From the IMG/VR virus record IMGVR_UViG_3300037511_000401, positions 1-46,269 of that record: 46,269 nt of DNA; one strand, 5' to 3'. The position numbers were made by a program, and so were the translations under genes. Below the pieces are notes generated by a model, which had not been told where the DNA came from, made no database searches, and saw only the letters and a program-made list of their open reading frames with translations. Shown piece by piece: positions 32,093 to 41,009 of the stretch (position 1 is its first letter; each line of letters begins with the position of its first letter). The stretch is from a virus. Its lineage: Duplodnaviria > Caudoviricetes.

Positions 32093-33538
32093 GTGAAGGT
32101 GATGACGCGCGTGAAGGTCCCGCAGATGGCGGGCATACGGCAGTCCGTCGAGGTCCAGCACGGATGGCGGGCGCTGGGCAGGATGCTGCGGCGGGGCCTG
32201 CACGGCAGCAAGAACTGGGTGCTGGAGCTGGACAGCAGCGGCGAGCACCAGTCCGTCTGGGCCAAGGCGGGCAAGGTGTTCATCGTGCTGATCCCGCTCT
32301 GGCTGATCCTCAGCGCGGCGACCGGCGGCCCGGAACGCGGCGGCCATTCGGTCAGCGTGTTCCAGTCGGTCGTGGCGGCCCTGGTGGTGACGTTCGCCGG
32401 TCTGGCCGTCTTCTCCGCGCGTGAGCGCAGGCTGGGACGTGAGGAACCGTGGGCGGACTTCGACCCCATCGGCACGGAAAGTGACAGTGCCGCGTCTTCG
32501 ACCCTGGTCGACACCCCTTCGGAGGAGGAGACCCAGGTCATCGAAAACGCGCAGGTCGCAGGACTGGATTCCGGCGATGCGGGTGATGGCTCGATGGGCA
32601 TTCCGGACGATTCGGCTGAATCTTCGGAAAACGAAACCGCCGTCTTGCACGGGATGCCGCAGCAGGCCATCTCGGCGGAAGCGGAAACCGCCGTGATTCC
32701 TGGGCCCGAGGCACCTACCCAGGTGTTGCAGCACGAGGTGCACCAGGCCATCCCGGCAGGGACGGACGGTGACAAAACGCCCGACCCTTTTGAGTCCATC
32801 GCGGCAGTCGTTTCGGAGTTTCGCGAGAAGGACGTGCAGCAGGCCACCGAAGTGGAGCCGATCTCCCTGGTCAAGCCGCACATCCCGATCGTGCGACAGG
32901 TGGACGAGCAGGCCACTTCGGAGTGGACGAAGGTGGACGTTTCGGGCTCAACGGAGAGTGACGACGGTCTCCTGGAGGACGAGCCGACCACCCCCTTGCG
33001 GGCCACCGTGCAGGAGGTCGTGCACAACACCCTCGATGCAACGGAATCTTCGCAGGTCAGCGACCGGATTGAGGTCGTGCAGCAACCCTTGCAGGGGGTG
33101 TTGCAGGTCCAGTTCGCCGCTCCGGGGCCCTACCCGATGGCCGACGAGCCGGTACACGAGGACTGGTGGGTCACGCCGCCCGACGTCGAGCCCGAGCAGG
33201 AGGAGGACCCGGACCCCGAGCCCTCGCGGCCGGAGGTCGCGCCTGAACCGCAGCAGCCCGCCACGGCGGCACTGGAGCTTCCTCCGGCCCCCGCGCCGGA
33301 AGAGCCGCAGGAGCCCCCGCTGGGGCGTCCCCAGGTGGTCCTGAACTACCTGGCCTCCCAGGCTCCGAAGTCGGGCTTCACGACCGAGGAGAAGGATCGG
33401 GCGCGCACCGACGTCATCGCGTGGATCCGTGAGGAGGTGAGCAGCAACCGGATGAGCCGGGCCGACGCATCCCGCATGCTCGGCGTGGACCCGTCCACCG
33501 TCACCCGCTGGGTCAGCGACGACCCGTGGGCTGGCTGA
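32093..33538 (+). CDS. Membrane protein with long acidic disordered region and C-terminal HTH (Spd-like architecture)
   Basis: Two TM helices, E/P/D-rich linker, MSRADASRMLGVDPSTVTRW; start uncertain (32093 or 32102). Confidence 0.65.
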   Translation: MKVMTRVKVPQMAGIRQSVEVQHGWRALGRMLRRGLHGSKNWVLELDSSGEHQSVWAKAGKVFIVLIPLWLILSAATGGPERGGHSVSVFQSVVAALVVTFAGLAVFSARERRLGREEPWADFDPIGTESDSAASSTLVDTPSEEETQVIENAQVAGLDSGDAGDGSMGIPDDSAESSENETAVLHGMPQQAISAEAETAVIPGPEAPTQVLQHEVHQAIPAGTDGDKTPDPFESIAAVVSEFREKDVQQATEVEPISLVKPHIPIVRQVDEQATSEWTKVDVSGSTESDDGLLEDEPTTPLRATVQEVVHNTLDATESSQVSDRIEVVQQPLQGVLQVQFAAPGPYPMADEPVHEDWWVTPPDVEPEQEEDPDPEPSRPEVAPEPQQPATAALELPPAPAPEEPQEPPLGRPQVVLNYLASQAPKSGFTTEEKDRARTDVIAWIREEVSSNRMSRADASRMLGVDPSTVTRWVSDDPWAG

Positions 33539-33640
33539 CCAGGCCATAAGAAGTGGCCTACTTCAAAGGGCGCCGGAACATCATCCGGCGCCCTTTCGCC
33601 GTACTCTGAGCCCGTCATAGGCAACAGAAAGGCGAGGGCC

Positions 33641-34072
33641 ATGAGTGAGCGCATCTTCGACCGCAAGGTGCTCAGCGGGGAGGCAGGAAAACTCCTGGAC
33701 GCCCTGCTGGACCACGTGAACGAAATCGGCAGGGCCCAGGTCCCCTCCTCCACCCTGCTCAAGGAGACCGGGCTGACGCAGGGCGCCCTCGTGCGCGCCC
33801 GTGGGGAGCTGACCCGGCAGTCCCTGCTCAGGACGGAACCCGGCTTCTCCTCGTCCGGACTGCGCGGTGCGAACGTCTACGTACTGAACATGACCGCGAT
33901 CGAACCGCCTTCCGAGCCTGTTCTGGAAGACGAATCCGGACGAACCGTGGCAGAGGAACCCGATGTGCCAGCTCACCCGGTTTCCGGCGAGGTTCCTGCC
34001 CCTTCCGGGCGGCACCGCAGCAGCCGGAAGGGCTTCCTGCGCAGGTTCCTCGGCGGTTCACGGTCTTCCTGA
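33641..34072 (+). CDS. Putative winged-helix protein
   Basis: LSGEAGKLL...L.KETGLT...L..AR.EL....LL..E......NVY.L. Confidence 0.6.
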   Translation: MSERIFDRKVLSGEAGKLLDALLDHVNEIGRAQVPSSTLLKETGLTQGALVRARGELTRQSLLRTEPGFSSSGLRGANVYVLNMTAIEPPSEPVLEDESGRTVAEEPDVPAHPVSGEVPAPSGRHRSSRKGFLRRFLGGSRSS

Positions 34073-34238
34073 ACGCCGGAAGAGCTTCCGCCCTGCTGGA
34101 AGAACCCGAATCAGAGGTGTCCATTCTCAGGTCGAATCGGACGAATGTGGACACGGTGGGGCGGCAGTTCGTAACGCACCTGGCGAATCAGGTTGAATCG
34201 GACAGAACGGTTCAGCGAACGGAACTTCCCGGATTTCC

Positions 34239-34268
34239 TTGACACGGCCTAGGCCACGATGGCAGAGT
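34239..34268 (+). promoter_or_regulatory. Promoter with GGCCTAGGCC box in its spacer
   Basis: TTGACA-18 nt-CAGAGT; palindrome at 34246-34255. Confidence 0.65.
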
Positions 34269-34333
34269 CATGCGTAACGCCCCCACACGAGGTTCCAAAA
34301 ACCGGGGGTTTCGGAAAAGGGAGAAACGAAGAC

Positions 34334-35488
34334 ATGGACAAGACGGAGAACACCGAGAAGGTCGAGCAGGTCGATCTCGAAGAGGACGGACCCAAGCGGT
34401 TCTCCGTTCTCGTCCTGATGGCCACGATCCTCTCCATCGGATCCCTGGCCTGGAGCACCTGGTCGCTGATCGACCTCTACCAGGTCGACGCCCTCACGAT
34501 CAAGGAACTGGGCGGCATCAGCCTCGTCGCCCTGTCGGCGGCCGTGACGATGGACATCGTCTGGAGCGCCACGACGATCGCCGAGTACCAGGGCCTGAAG
34601 ATCCCGGTCACCTGGGCGACGAAGAAGGGCAAGAACAAGCACTCGCTGAACGCCCTCCCGGTCATCGGGTGGATCGAGGTGCTGTTCGTCGCCGCCCTGG
34701 TCGGTTACCACGGCTCCACGATCGGCAACGGGGCGGCGACCTTCGCGGCGGTCCTCCCGGTCTTCACGAAGCTCACCTGGGTCCTGGCGCTGAACGGCCT
34801 GAAGGACCCCTCGGAGCTGACCGACGAGGAGAAGGCCGAGATCGCCGAGCAGCGCCGCGCCGCGAAGCGGACCCGGGCCAAGGTGATGGCTTCCGCCGAG
34901 CAGCACGTCGCCGACATGATGAAGCGGGAGCGGGACCACGAGGCGGCCCTGGCCGAGCAGCGCCGTCAGGCCGAGATCGAGCACGAGAAGGTCCAGGCCG
35001 AGATCGAGCGCCGCAAGCTGGAGCAGCAGGCCGAGTTCGAGCTGGAGAAGGCCAAGCTGGAAGGCGAGGCCGAGGTCAAGGGCATGCGTCAGCAGCTCAG
35101 TGCCCGCGTCCAGATCGCGACCCTGCGTACCCAGCAGGAGATCTCGCTGGAGCGGCTGGACGCCGAGCAGGAGCTGCGCCTGCGTCAGCCCCTGAGCTTC
35201 CAGGTCATCCCGGGCCAGGTGACCTCCCGGCCGCAGCTCACCAAGGGCGACGAGGCCGACGAGCCCGAGGACGACGGCCTGTTCGACGAGCTGAACCTGA
35301 CCCCGGCCGAGCGCCGGAAGGTGGAACTGGCGGCCCGCTACTACAAGGCCGACGCCGAGGAGGGCGGCATCACCAAGGCCGCCTTCGCGAAGAAGATCCA
35401 GACGGGCGCCCCCCGGGTGACCGAGGCGACCACCGCCTTCCCCATCGAGTGGTTCGTCGAGCGCGGCCTGGCCACCTGGCAGGGCTGA
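34334..35488 (+). CDS. SpdB2-like multi-TM coiled-coil protein (plasmid spread type)
   Basis: Four N-terminal TM segments, long E/Q/K/R coiled coil, C-terminal HTH-like segment. Confidence 0.6.
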   Translation: MDKTENTEKVEQVDLEEDGPKRFSVLVLMATILSIGSLAWSTWSLIDLYQVDALTIKELGGISLVALSAAVTMDIVWSATTIAEYQGLKIPVTWATKKGKNKHSLNALPVIGWIEVLFVAALVGYHGSTIGNGAATFAAVLPVFTKLTWVLALNGLKDPSELTDEEKAEIAEQRRAAKRTRAKVMASAEQHVADMMKRERDHEAALAEQRRQAEIEHEKVQAEIERRKLEQQAEFELEKAKLEGEAEVKGMRQQLSARVQIATLRTQQEISLERLDAEQELRLRQPLSFQVIPGQVTSRPQLTKGDEADEPEDDGLFDELNLTPAERRKVELAARYYKADAEEGGITKAAFAKKIQTGAPRVTEATTAFPIEWFVERGLATWQG

Positions 35489-35505
35489 GCGAGACCCGAG
35501 CAGGA

Positions 35506-35542
35506 CGAGAAGCCCCCGCCTCGGCGGGGGCTTCTCATTTTT
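35506..35542 (+). terminator. Intrinsic terminator
   Basis: GAGAAGCCCCCGCC / GGCGGGGGCTTCTC followed by ATTTTT. Confidence 0.8.
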
Positions 35543-35591
35543 CCCAACTTGCCTGTATTCTAAGAGTGTTGAACTGGGAGAGGAGAATGAC

Positions 35592-35906
35592 ATGGCGTGG
35601 CGAATCGAGGCATCCGGAGGAACCGGGTCCGCCAACTACGTTGTGATCCAGCCGATGATGGACGACGACCCGCACAGTGAGGTCCGCCACGCGCTGATCA
35701 CGATTTCCCCGAAAGGGGGTCGTGAGCACCCGACGATTCCGATGCTTCCGCCCGGGGCGCTCTACCGTGATCGGGTCGGAATGGCGTACCGGATCCTGGA
35801 GGCCACCATCGTCGAGAGCGGAACCGACGACGGCGAACACTCCATGTGGCGCTACGAGTACCTGGTCGCCTACAGCGTGACCCTGCCGATGAAGGCCCTC
35901 TCATGA
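35592..35906 (+). CDS. Hypothetical protein
   Basis: RBS GAGAGGAG. Confidence 0.6.
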   Translation: MAWRIEASGGTGSANYVVIQPMMDDDPHSEVRHALITISPKGGREHPTIPMLPPGALYRDRVGMAYRILEATIVESGTDDGEHSMWRYEYLVAYSVTLPMKALS

Positions 35907-36109
35907 TGGAGAAAGTCGTCACCTGGGCCATCGCGAAAGCGGTCGAGGATGTGGACGACAGCCTGACGACGGCTGCCCTGATGGGCGTAGCCCTGGATGC
36001 GGCGACCTTCTCGGCGATCGGTGTCCCGGCAACCGGCGCCGTCATCGCAGGAGCGGCGACGGGCGTCGGCCTGAACGTGGTCCGTAAGGCTCGAAAGGGG
36101 AATGACTGA
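35903..36109 (+). CDS. Small glycine-zipper-like membrane protein
   Basis: MMEKVVTWAI...GAVIAGAATGVGL; coupled. Confidence 0.55.
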   Translation: MMEKVVTWAIAKAVEDVDDSLTTAALMGVALDAATFSAIGVPATGAVIAGAATGVGLNVVRKARKGND

Positions 36110-36825
36110 TGACCGACTGGTGGAGCGTGTCTCCCGCCCGTTCCGGCCAGGACGGCGAACGGCAGGAGTGGAAGGCGCAGGCGGACCGTGATGCCGAGCG
36201 CATCGCCCGCAGCGGGGAATACCTCTCCGGGCAGCCGGACGATTGGCGGCGCGAGCCCGACGGTCAGTTCGTCGACACGCGCGAACCGGCCGAACCGGAA
36301 ACCGGTGAAGCCCAGAAGCCGGATCGCCGCAAGGGGCTCCTCCTCGGTGCAGCGGGCGCGGCCGTCGCCGGGATCGTGGTGTTCGCCGCGATGCCCCACG
36401 GTGGGTCACCCTCGCCGACGGGCTCCAGCGCTTCTTCTGCGGCCCAGCCGGGCGGCTTCCTCCCGGCGGCCGGAGGCGGCCCATCCGGAGACCCCCAGGA
36501 CCGCGCAGAGGCTTCCACGTCCCCGGTCAAGCCGAAGCCGAAGACCGTCGTGCTCACCGCCAGCCCCGACGGGTCCGGCCAGGTCGGCGCCGTCATGAAG
36601 GTGACCATCACCAACAACACCGACGAGACCGTGGTCGTGATGTCGTCGATGGTGAAGGGCGACGGCCGCCCGGCCGTCATCGGTGAGGGCACCCTGGCCC
36701 CCGGATCCCGCAGGATCGAGCCCGGCGAGACGGCGAGCGGCACCATCGAGTTCGCCTCGAAGAAGGCGCCCGACCAGGTGGCCCTGATGGACCTGAGCGG
36801 AAACGTGGTGGCCGCCAGTGGCTGA
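36109..36825 (+). CDS. Membrane-anchored protein with C-terminal Ig-like domain
   Basis: Single TM, P/S linker, VTITNN...IEPGETASGTIEF (DUF4352-like). Confidence 0.65.
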   Translation: MTDWWSVSPARSGQDGERQEWKAQADRDAERIARSGEYLSGQPDDWRREPDGQFVDTREPAEPETGEAQKPDRRKGLLLGAAGAAVAGIVVFAAMPHGGSPSPTGSSASSAAQPGGFLPAAGGGPSGDPQDRAEASTSPVKPKPKTVVLTASPDGSGQVGAVMKVTITNNTDETVVVMSSMVKGDGRPAVIGEGTLAPGSRRIEPGETASGTIEFASKKAPDQVALMDLSGNVVAASG

Positions 36826-37531
36826 ACCCTTGCTGCACCGGCTCCCCTCGACCGGCCGGTACGACAAGAAGTACCGGGTGCACGGCCATGACCATCTAGT
36901 GGTCGAGGCGAGCTATTCCGACGCCGATGACTGCAAGCCGGAGTTCGGCTGCTGGATGGTCCTCGATGTCCGCTACACGGCTCTCGACAAGTACCGGCGG
37001 GGGATTGTTCTCTCCTCCACGTACCTGTCTGACATCCGGAGCTGGATCAAGGCTGGAGGGGCAGCCCTGTGGGACCCCGAGAAGAGGAAGGCCGACAGCG
37101 ACTGGAAGCCGATCCCCGAGGGCTGGCTGCCGGACGACTCCCGGCTCACGGCCCGGCGCCGGACTTCCTTCCGGCCGTACGGCCAGAAGGGCTCCCTGGC
37201 CCACAGGCTGGCCGACAGGCCGTCTGAACCCAGGGATCCGGCGCCCAGGACGCGGGGACTGACGGGCAAGAAGTACGCCGTCGTGCCGGGCTGGATCACG
37301 TCCGTCAACGACGGCCAGCGGCACTGGATCGGCTTCGGTGCGCTCACGTGGCTGTACGGGGTCAACCCGGCCGAGTGCATCCGGATCGACGACGAGACCG
37401 AACGGGGCTGGAACGACAAGGCGCGCGAGCACCTGATCTGGCTGTACCCGCAACGCCGCCACGAGGACTACGAATCCATGAAGGAAGAGCTGGCCCGGGG
37501 CGAGGACGCCTTCAAGCTGATCGAGCCGTGA
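36818..37531 (+). CDS. Hypothetical protein
   Basis: Coupled; GC3 bias; convergent hairpin at 37541-37571. Confidence 0.65.
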   Translation: MAEPLLHRLPSTGRYDKKYRVHGHDHLVVEASYSDADDCKPEFGCWMVLDVRYTALDKYRRGIVLSSTYLSDIRSWIKAGGAALWDPEKRKADSDWKPIPEGWLPDDSRLTARRRTSFRPYGQKGSLAHRLADRPSEPRDPAPRTRGLTGKKYAVVPGWITSVNDGQRHWIGFGALTWLYGVNPAECIRIDDETERGWNDKAREHLIWLYPQRRHEDYESMKEELARGEDAFKLIEP

Positions 37532-37591
37532 ACATGCGAAAGCCCCCGTCGCCTCGCTGCGACGGGGGCTCTGCACATCCGCATGGGTTCC

Positions 37592-38326
37592 TCACAGGGG
37601 GATGTGGAACGAGATCGGCCTGCTGCCGTCGCAGACCTTCACGGCCACCTCGACCGTCTTGCCGTTGGCCAGCAGGACGCGGCGGTTCGTCTGCGTCACG
37701 ATGGCGTACGCACCCTTCAGCTCCAGCAGTTCGCGCTCCCGGTCCGTCGCCAGGCGCGACGTGATCACCGGAATCAGGTCCTTCTGCGGGGAGCCCATAC
37801 GCTCGGCGGCCAGCTCCCGGGATCCACGAGGCGTCGCGTCGGCGACCGCCAGCTCCGGCGTCACCTCGGCGACCTCCGGCGGGTAGTAGGAGTGGCCGGT
37901 CGCAACCGGCTTGCCGTCGATCTTGTTCAGGCGCTCGCGGTACAGCACCTCCTCGCCGGGCTCGACACCCAGCATCGGGGCGACGTCGGCCGGGCAGGGG
38001 ACCATCCCGACCTTGAGGATGTCCGAGGTCTCCCGGGCACTCAGCGCCCGGCCGCTGACGGAGTAGTTCCCGACGCGGTCCTGGACGGTTGCGGTGCGGT
38101 TCGAAGTGTCGGCCACCACGGGCGGCCGGTTGCCGCTGGACGGTTCCAGGATCCGCTCGGCCGTCAGAAGTTCGACGACCTTGTCGATGGTGACTCGCGA
38201 CGTTCCGTGGATCTTCGCGAGCCTCCGGCGGGACTCCAGCGGGGTACCCGGCTCCAGCTCTCCGGAGGTCACCTTGGATCGGTAAATCCGGGCGATGGCA
38301 CGGTACTTGGGAATCTGCTCGCTCAC
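37592..38326 (-). CDS. GntR-family (HutC/UTRA) repressor, KorSA/TraR-like
   Basis: PKYRAIA...I/V.SGEL.PG..L.S...LA...GTSR.T HTH, followed by a UTRA-like domain. Confidence 0.9.
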   Translation of the reverse strand: MSEQIPKYRAIARIYRSKVTSGELEPGTPLESRRRLAKIHGTSRVTIDKVVELLTAERILEPSSGNRPPVVADTSNRTATVQDRVGNYSVSGRALSARETSDILKVGMVPCPADVAPMLGVEPGEEVLYRERLNKIDGKPVATGHSYYPPEVAEVTPELAVADATPRGSRELAAERMGSPQKDLIPVITSRLATDRERELLELKGAYAIVTQTNRRVLLANGKTVEVAVKVCDGSRPISFHIPL

Positions 38327-38350
38327 TCTCTCTCCTCATTCTGCACTTGT

Positions 38351-38360
38351 GGCCTAGGCC
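38351..38360. promoter_or_regulatory. Putative operator GGCCTAGGCC between the repressor and a divergent membrane operon
   Basis: Perfect palindrome about 25 nt upstream of the GntR start; recurs in other intergenic regions. Confidence 0.65.
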
Positions 38361-38411
38361 GTATTGTGTCATGCTGAGGACCACAACGCCAGCAGCGATC
38401 CAGGAGACGTC

Positions 38412-38549
38412 ATGGAAGACACGCAGGAGGCGGTTGAGGTGACTGAAACTCAGGAGCTTACGAACGATCCTGCCGTCAACCAGGCTATCGCCTTCCTGGA
38501 GGCGACGGTCGAAGAGAACATCGGGGTCGCTTCTGACGGTAAGCCGTAA
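38412..38549 (+). CDS. Small acidic protein
   Basis: MEDTQEAVEV...; RBS AGGAG. Confidence 0.5.
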   Translation: MEDTQEAVEVTETQELTNDPAVNQAIAFLEATVEENIGVASDGKP

Positions 38550-38565
38550 CGGCGAAGGGAGAAAG

Positions 38566-39477
38566 GTGGCGACGAAGGAAGCCATTCCGCCGAAGCCGAA
38601 GCAGGCCCCCACCGTGCACCTCAAGGGCCAGCACCGGAAGCCGCCGCGCACCCTGAAGGGCGACCTCAAGGCCCTGAAGGGGAAGGTGTCCACGTCCGTC
38701 AAGAAGTGGGGCGAGGGCAAGGAAAAGGCGGAGAAGAAGAAGGAAGAAGTCCGCAAGGACGCCGAGAAGATCCTGGCTCCGGCCAAGGAGAAGATCGGCG
38801 AGGAGAAGAAGCTCGTCGGCGAGGCGATGAAGCCGGTCTACAAGGCCATCGAGACGGTGAAAGCCGGACTCGACCCGGCCAACGGAAAGACCCGGCCGTA
38901 CGTCACCTCGTTCATGATCTCCTCGGTTGTTTCGTGGGTCGCCGGACCGCAGATCCTGATCGCTCTCTACGAGCGGATCCGCTACGGCAGTTCCACGACC
39001 GACTGGGGGATCCTGAACGGTCCTGGCCGATGGTTCAGGGACACCGTGGGGATGGCCTACGAAACGGGTCACCTCGGGGGTCTGATCTGGGCGGCGATCA
39101 TGGGTCTCGCACCGATGGTCATCATGTTCGCCCGGAACATGACCGCCGGGTACCTGGCGCAGGGCACGTACCACGGTCGCCTGTCGATGCTGGGAATCCG
39201 GTGGCTGACCCGTTCGGCCTACCTGGTTCCGATCCTCTTCTTCGTCGGAGTCTCGTACCCCGGAGTGATCACTGCGATCTTCGGATCGCCGTGGACGTTC
39301 CAGTGGTGGCAGTTCTGGGTCGCTGGCCTGTTCTGCACCGCGTTCTACTGCACGATGTGGGTTTTCGACCGGGTCGAGAAGGGCCTGGGCCTCGGATACA
39401 TCCACGTCCTGCTGATGACCCCCCTCGCATCGGTCATCACGGGAGCAGCGCTGTACGCACCGGGTGCCGCCTGGTGA
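38566..39477 (+). CDS. Multi-pass membrane protein with Lys-rich N-terminus
   Basis: About five hydrophobic segments; RBS GGGAG. Confidence 0.75.
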   Translation: MATKEAIPPKPKQAPTVHLKGQHRKPPRTLKGDLKALKGKVSTSVKKWGEGKEKAEKKKEEVRKDAEKILAPAKEKIGEEKKLVGEAMKPVYKAIETVKAGLDPANGKTRPYVTSFMISSVVSWVAGPQILIALYERIRYGSSTTDWGILNGPGRWFRDTVGMAYETGHLGGLIWAAIMGLAPMVIMFARNMTAGYLAQGTYHGRLSMLGIRWLTRSAYLVPILFFVGVSYPGVITAIFGSPWTFQWWQFWVAGLFCTAFYCTMWVFDRVEKGLGLGYIHVLLMTPLASVITGAALYAPGAAW

Positions 39478-39685
39478 AGCGAGGGGCCTCCGCCGCCGTC
39501 GAGGCGGCTCGTGCCGGGTCGTGCCGGTCGGAGGCGCGAGGTGGGCAAGCCGTCCACCGGAAAGGGGAAGCGTCGTGATTCTCAGGGATGACGACCACGA
39601 CGGGATGCCGGTTCTCACGCCGCGTCCCGGTCGGTAATCGGAGGGGCCGTCGAGAGGCGGCCCCTTCCGAGAAGGAGAGGGAAAG

Positions 39686-40261
39686 GTGTTTCTGGCTCTT
39701 ACGCAGCAGCAGCAGATCAACGTTCCGGAGAACTCCTGGGTCGGCCACACCACGATGGCCGGTTTCGGGATCATCCTGTTCGTCATCGCCGTGATGTGCA
39801 TCAAGGGCAACAAGAAGGGCGTCGCCATGGGGCCCTGGGGCCCGATGTTCGGCGTCCTGATGAACAAGGCCGTGACCGAGCCGACCAAGCGGGTGGCGAC
39901 GAAGTGGGGAGGTGGAAGCGAAGGATTCGACTGGCGGTCCCTGATGACGTTCCTGATCGGGATGTGGGCCATGACGTCGATCGTTTCTTCCACCGGCGGC
40001 TTCGTCCTCAACCTGGTCAACTGGTTCCAGGGCCTCATCATGAGCCTGTCGGGATGGCCGGTCCTCTCGGACATCGGCGCGGGCGGCATCTGCCTCCTGC
40101 TGTTCTTCCTGGCGATGCGCAACAAGGATGACGACAAGGCCGACCTGACCTACGGCGCGATCTGCGGGTTCTTCTTCCCGCTCGGCGGTGGCATCTTCGC
40201 CGAGATCACGCTCCAGATCGGCAACTGGATTCCGCAGATCATGCAGCTCGGCGGCAAGTGA
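39686..40261 (+). CDS. Multi-pass membrane protein (Spd-like)
   Basis: Several TM segments; RBS GGAGAGGG; terminator hairpin at 40270-40300. Confidence 0.7.
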   Translation: MFLALTQQQQINVPENSWVGHTTMAGFGIILFVIAVMCIKGNKKGVAMGPWGPMFGVLMNKAVTEPTKRVATKWGGGSEGFDWRSLMTFLIGMWAMTSIVSSTGGFVLNLVNWFQGLIMSLSGWPVLSDIGAGGICLLLFFLAMRNKDDDKADLTYGAICGFFFPLGGGIFAEITLQIGNWIPQIMQLGGK

Positions 40262-40330
40262 GCGGTGCAGGCGGCCGGACCTCTCGGGGTCCGGCCGCTT
40301 CGCGTTTCCCAACTTGGCCTTCAGTGTGGC

Positions 40331-40360
40331 TTGTTGAGTGGCCTAGGTCAGTGTTAAGGT
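40331..40360 (+). promoter_or_regulatory. Promoter with GGCCTAGGTC box in its spacer
   Basis: TTGTTG-18 nt-TAAGGT; box at 40340-40349. Confidence 0.55.
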
Positions 40361-40385
40361 GGAAACCGGAGAGAGGAGGAACGTG

Positions 40386-41009
40386 ATGCCGCGCAGAGGA
40401 GGCGGGATTTTCGTCGGTGCATTCCTGGCTGTTGGCGCAGTTCAGGCAGTGACCGGCTTCATCCCAAACGTGCCATCTGCGGCATCGGTGATACCGGCAA
40501 GGGCGCAGTCCAACCAGGACTTCGCTTTCACCGGGTCATCGAAGCCGATCAAGCCGGGATCCGTTCCCGAGAAGAGCTGGGAAAACCTCATCAACAAGTG
40601 GGGCAATCTCTGCCCGTCTCTCACTCCGGCACTTCTGGCAGGGCAGCTTCACCAGGAAAGCATGGGCTTCAACCGCGACGTCATCAGCGGAAAGATCGAT
40701 TCTCCCGCTGGCGCCAAGGGGATGGCTCAGTTCATTGACGCCACCTGGAATGCGCATGCCATCGACGCGAACAAGGACGGAAAGCGCGACAAGTACGACC
40801 CGCGTGACGCCATTCCGTCGGCGGCCGTTTACGACTGCGAGGTGGCCAAGTACGTCAAGGGGGTTCCGGGCGATCGGCACAAGAACATGCTGGCCGCCTA
40901 CAACGCGGGCTCCAATGCGGTGAAGAAGTACAACGGGATTCCTCCGTACAAGGAGACCCAGAACTACGTCAGAATCATCGAGCGGAAAGCGGCGAGGTAC
41001 GAGCAGTGA
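40386..41009 (+). CDS. Lytic transglycosylase (SLT domain), exported
   Basis: QLHQES, SPAGAKGMAQF..TW, LAAYNAG, GIPPYKETQNYV. Confidence 0.9.
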   Translation: MPRRGGGIFVGAFLAVGAVQAVTGFIPNVPSAASVIPARAQSNQDFAFTGSSKPIKPGSVPEKSWENLINKWGNLCPSLTPALLAGQLHQESMGFNRDVISGKIDSPAGAKGMAQFIDATWNAHAIDANKDGKRDKYDPRDAIPSAAVYDCEVAKYVKGVPGDRHKNMLAAYNAGSNAVKKYNGIPPYKETQNYVRIIERKAARYEQ

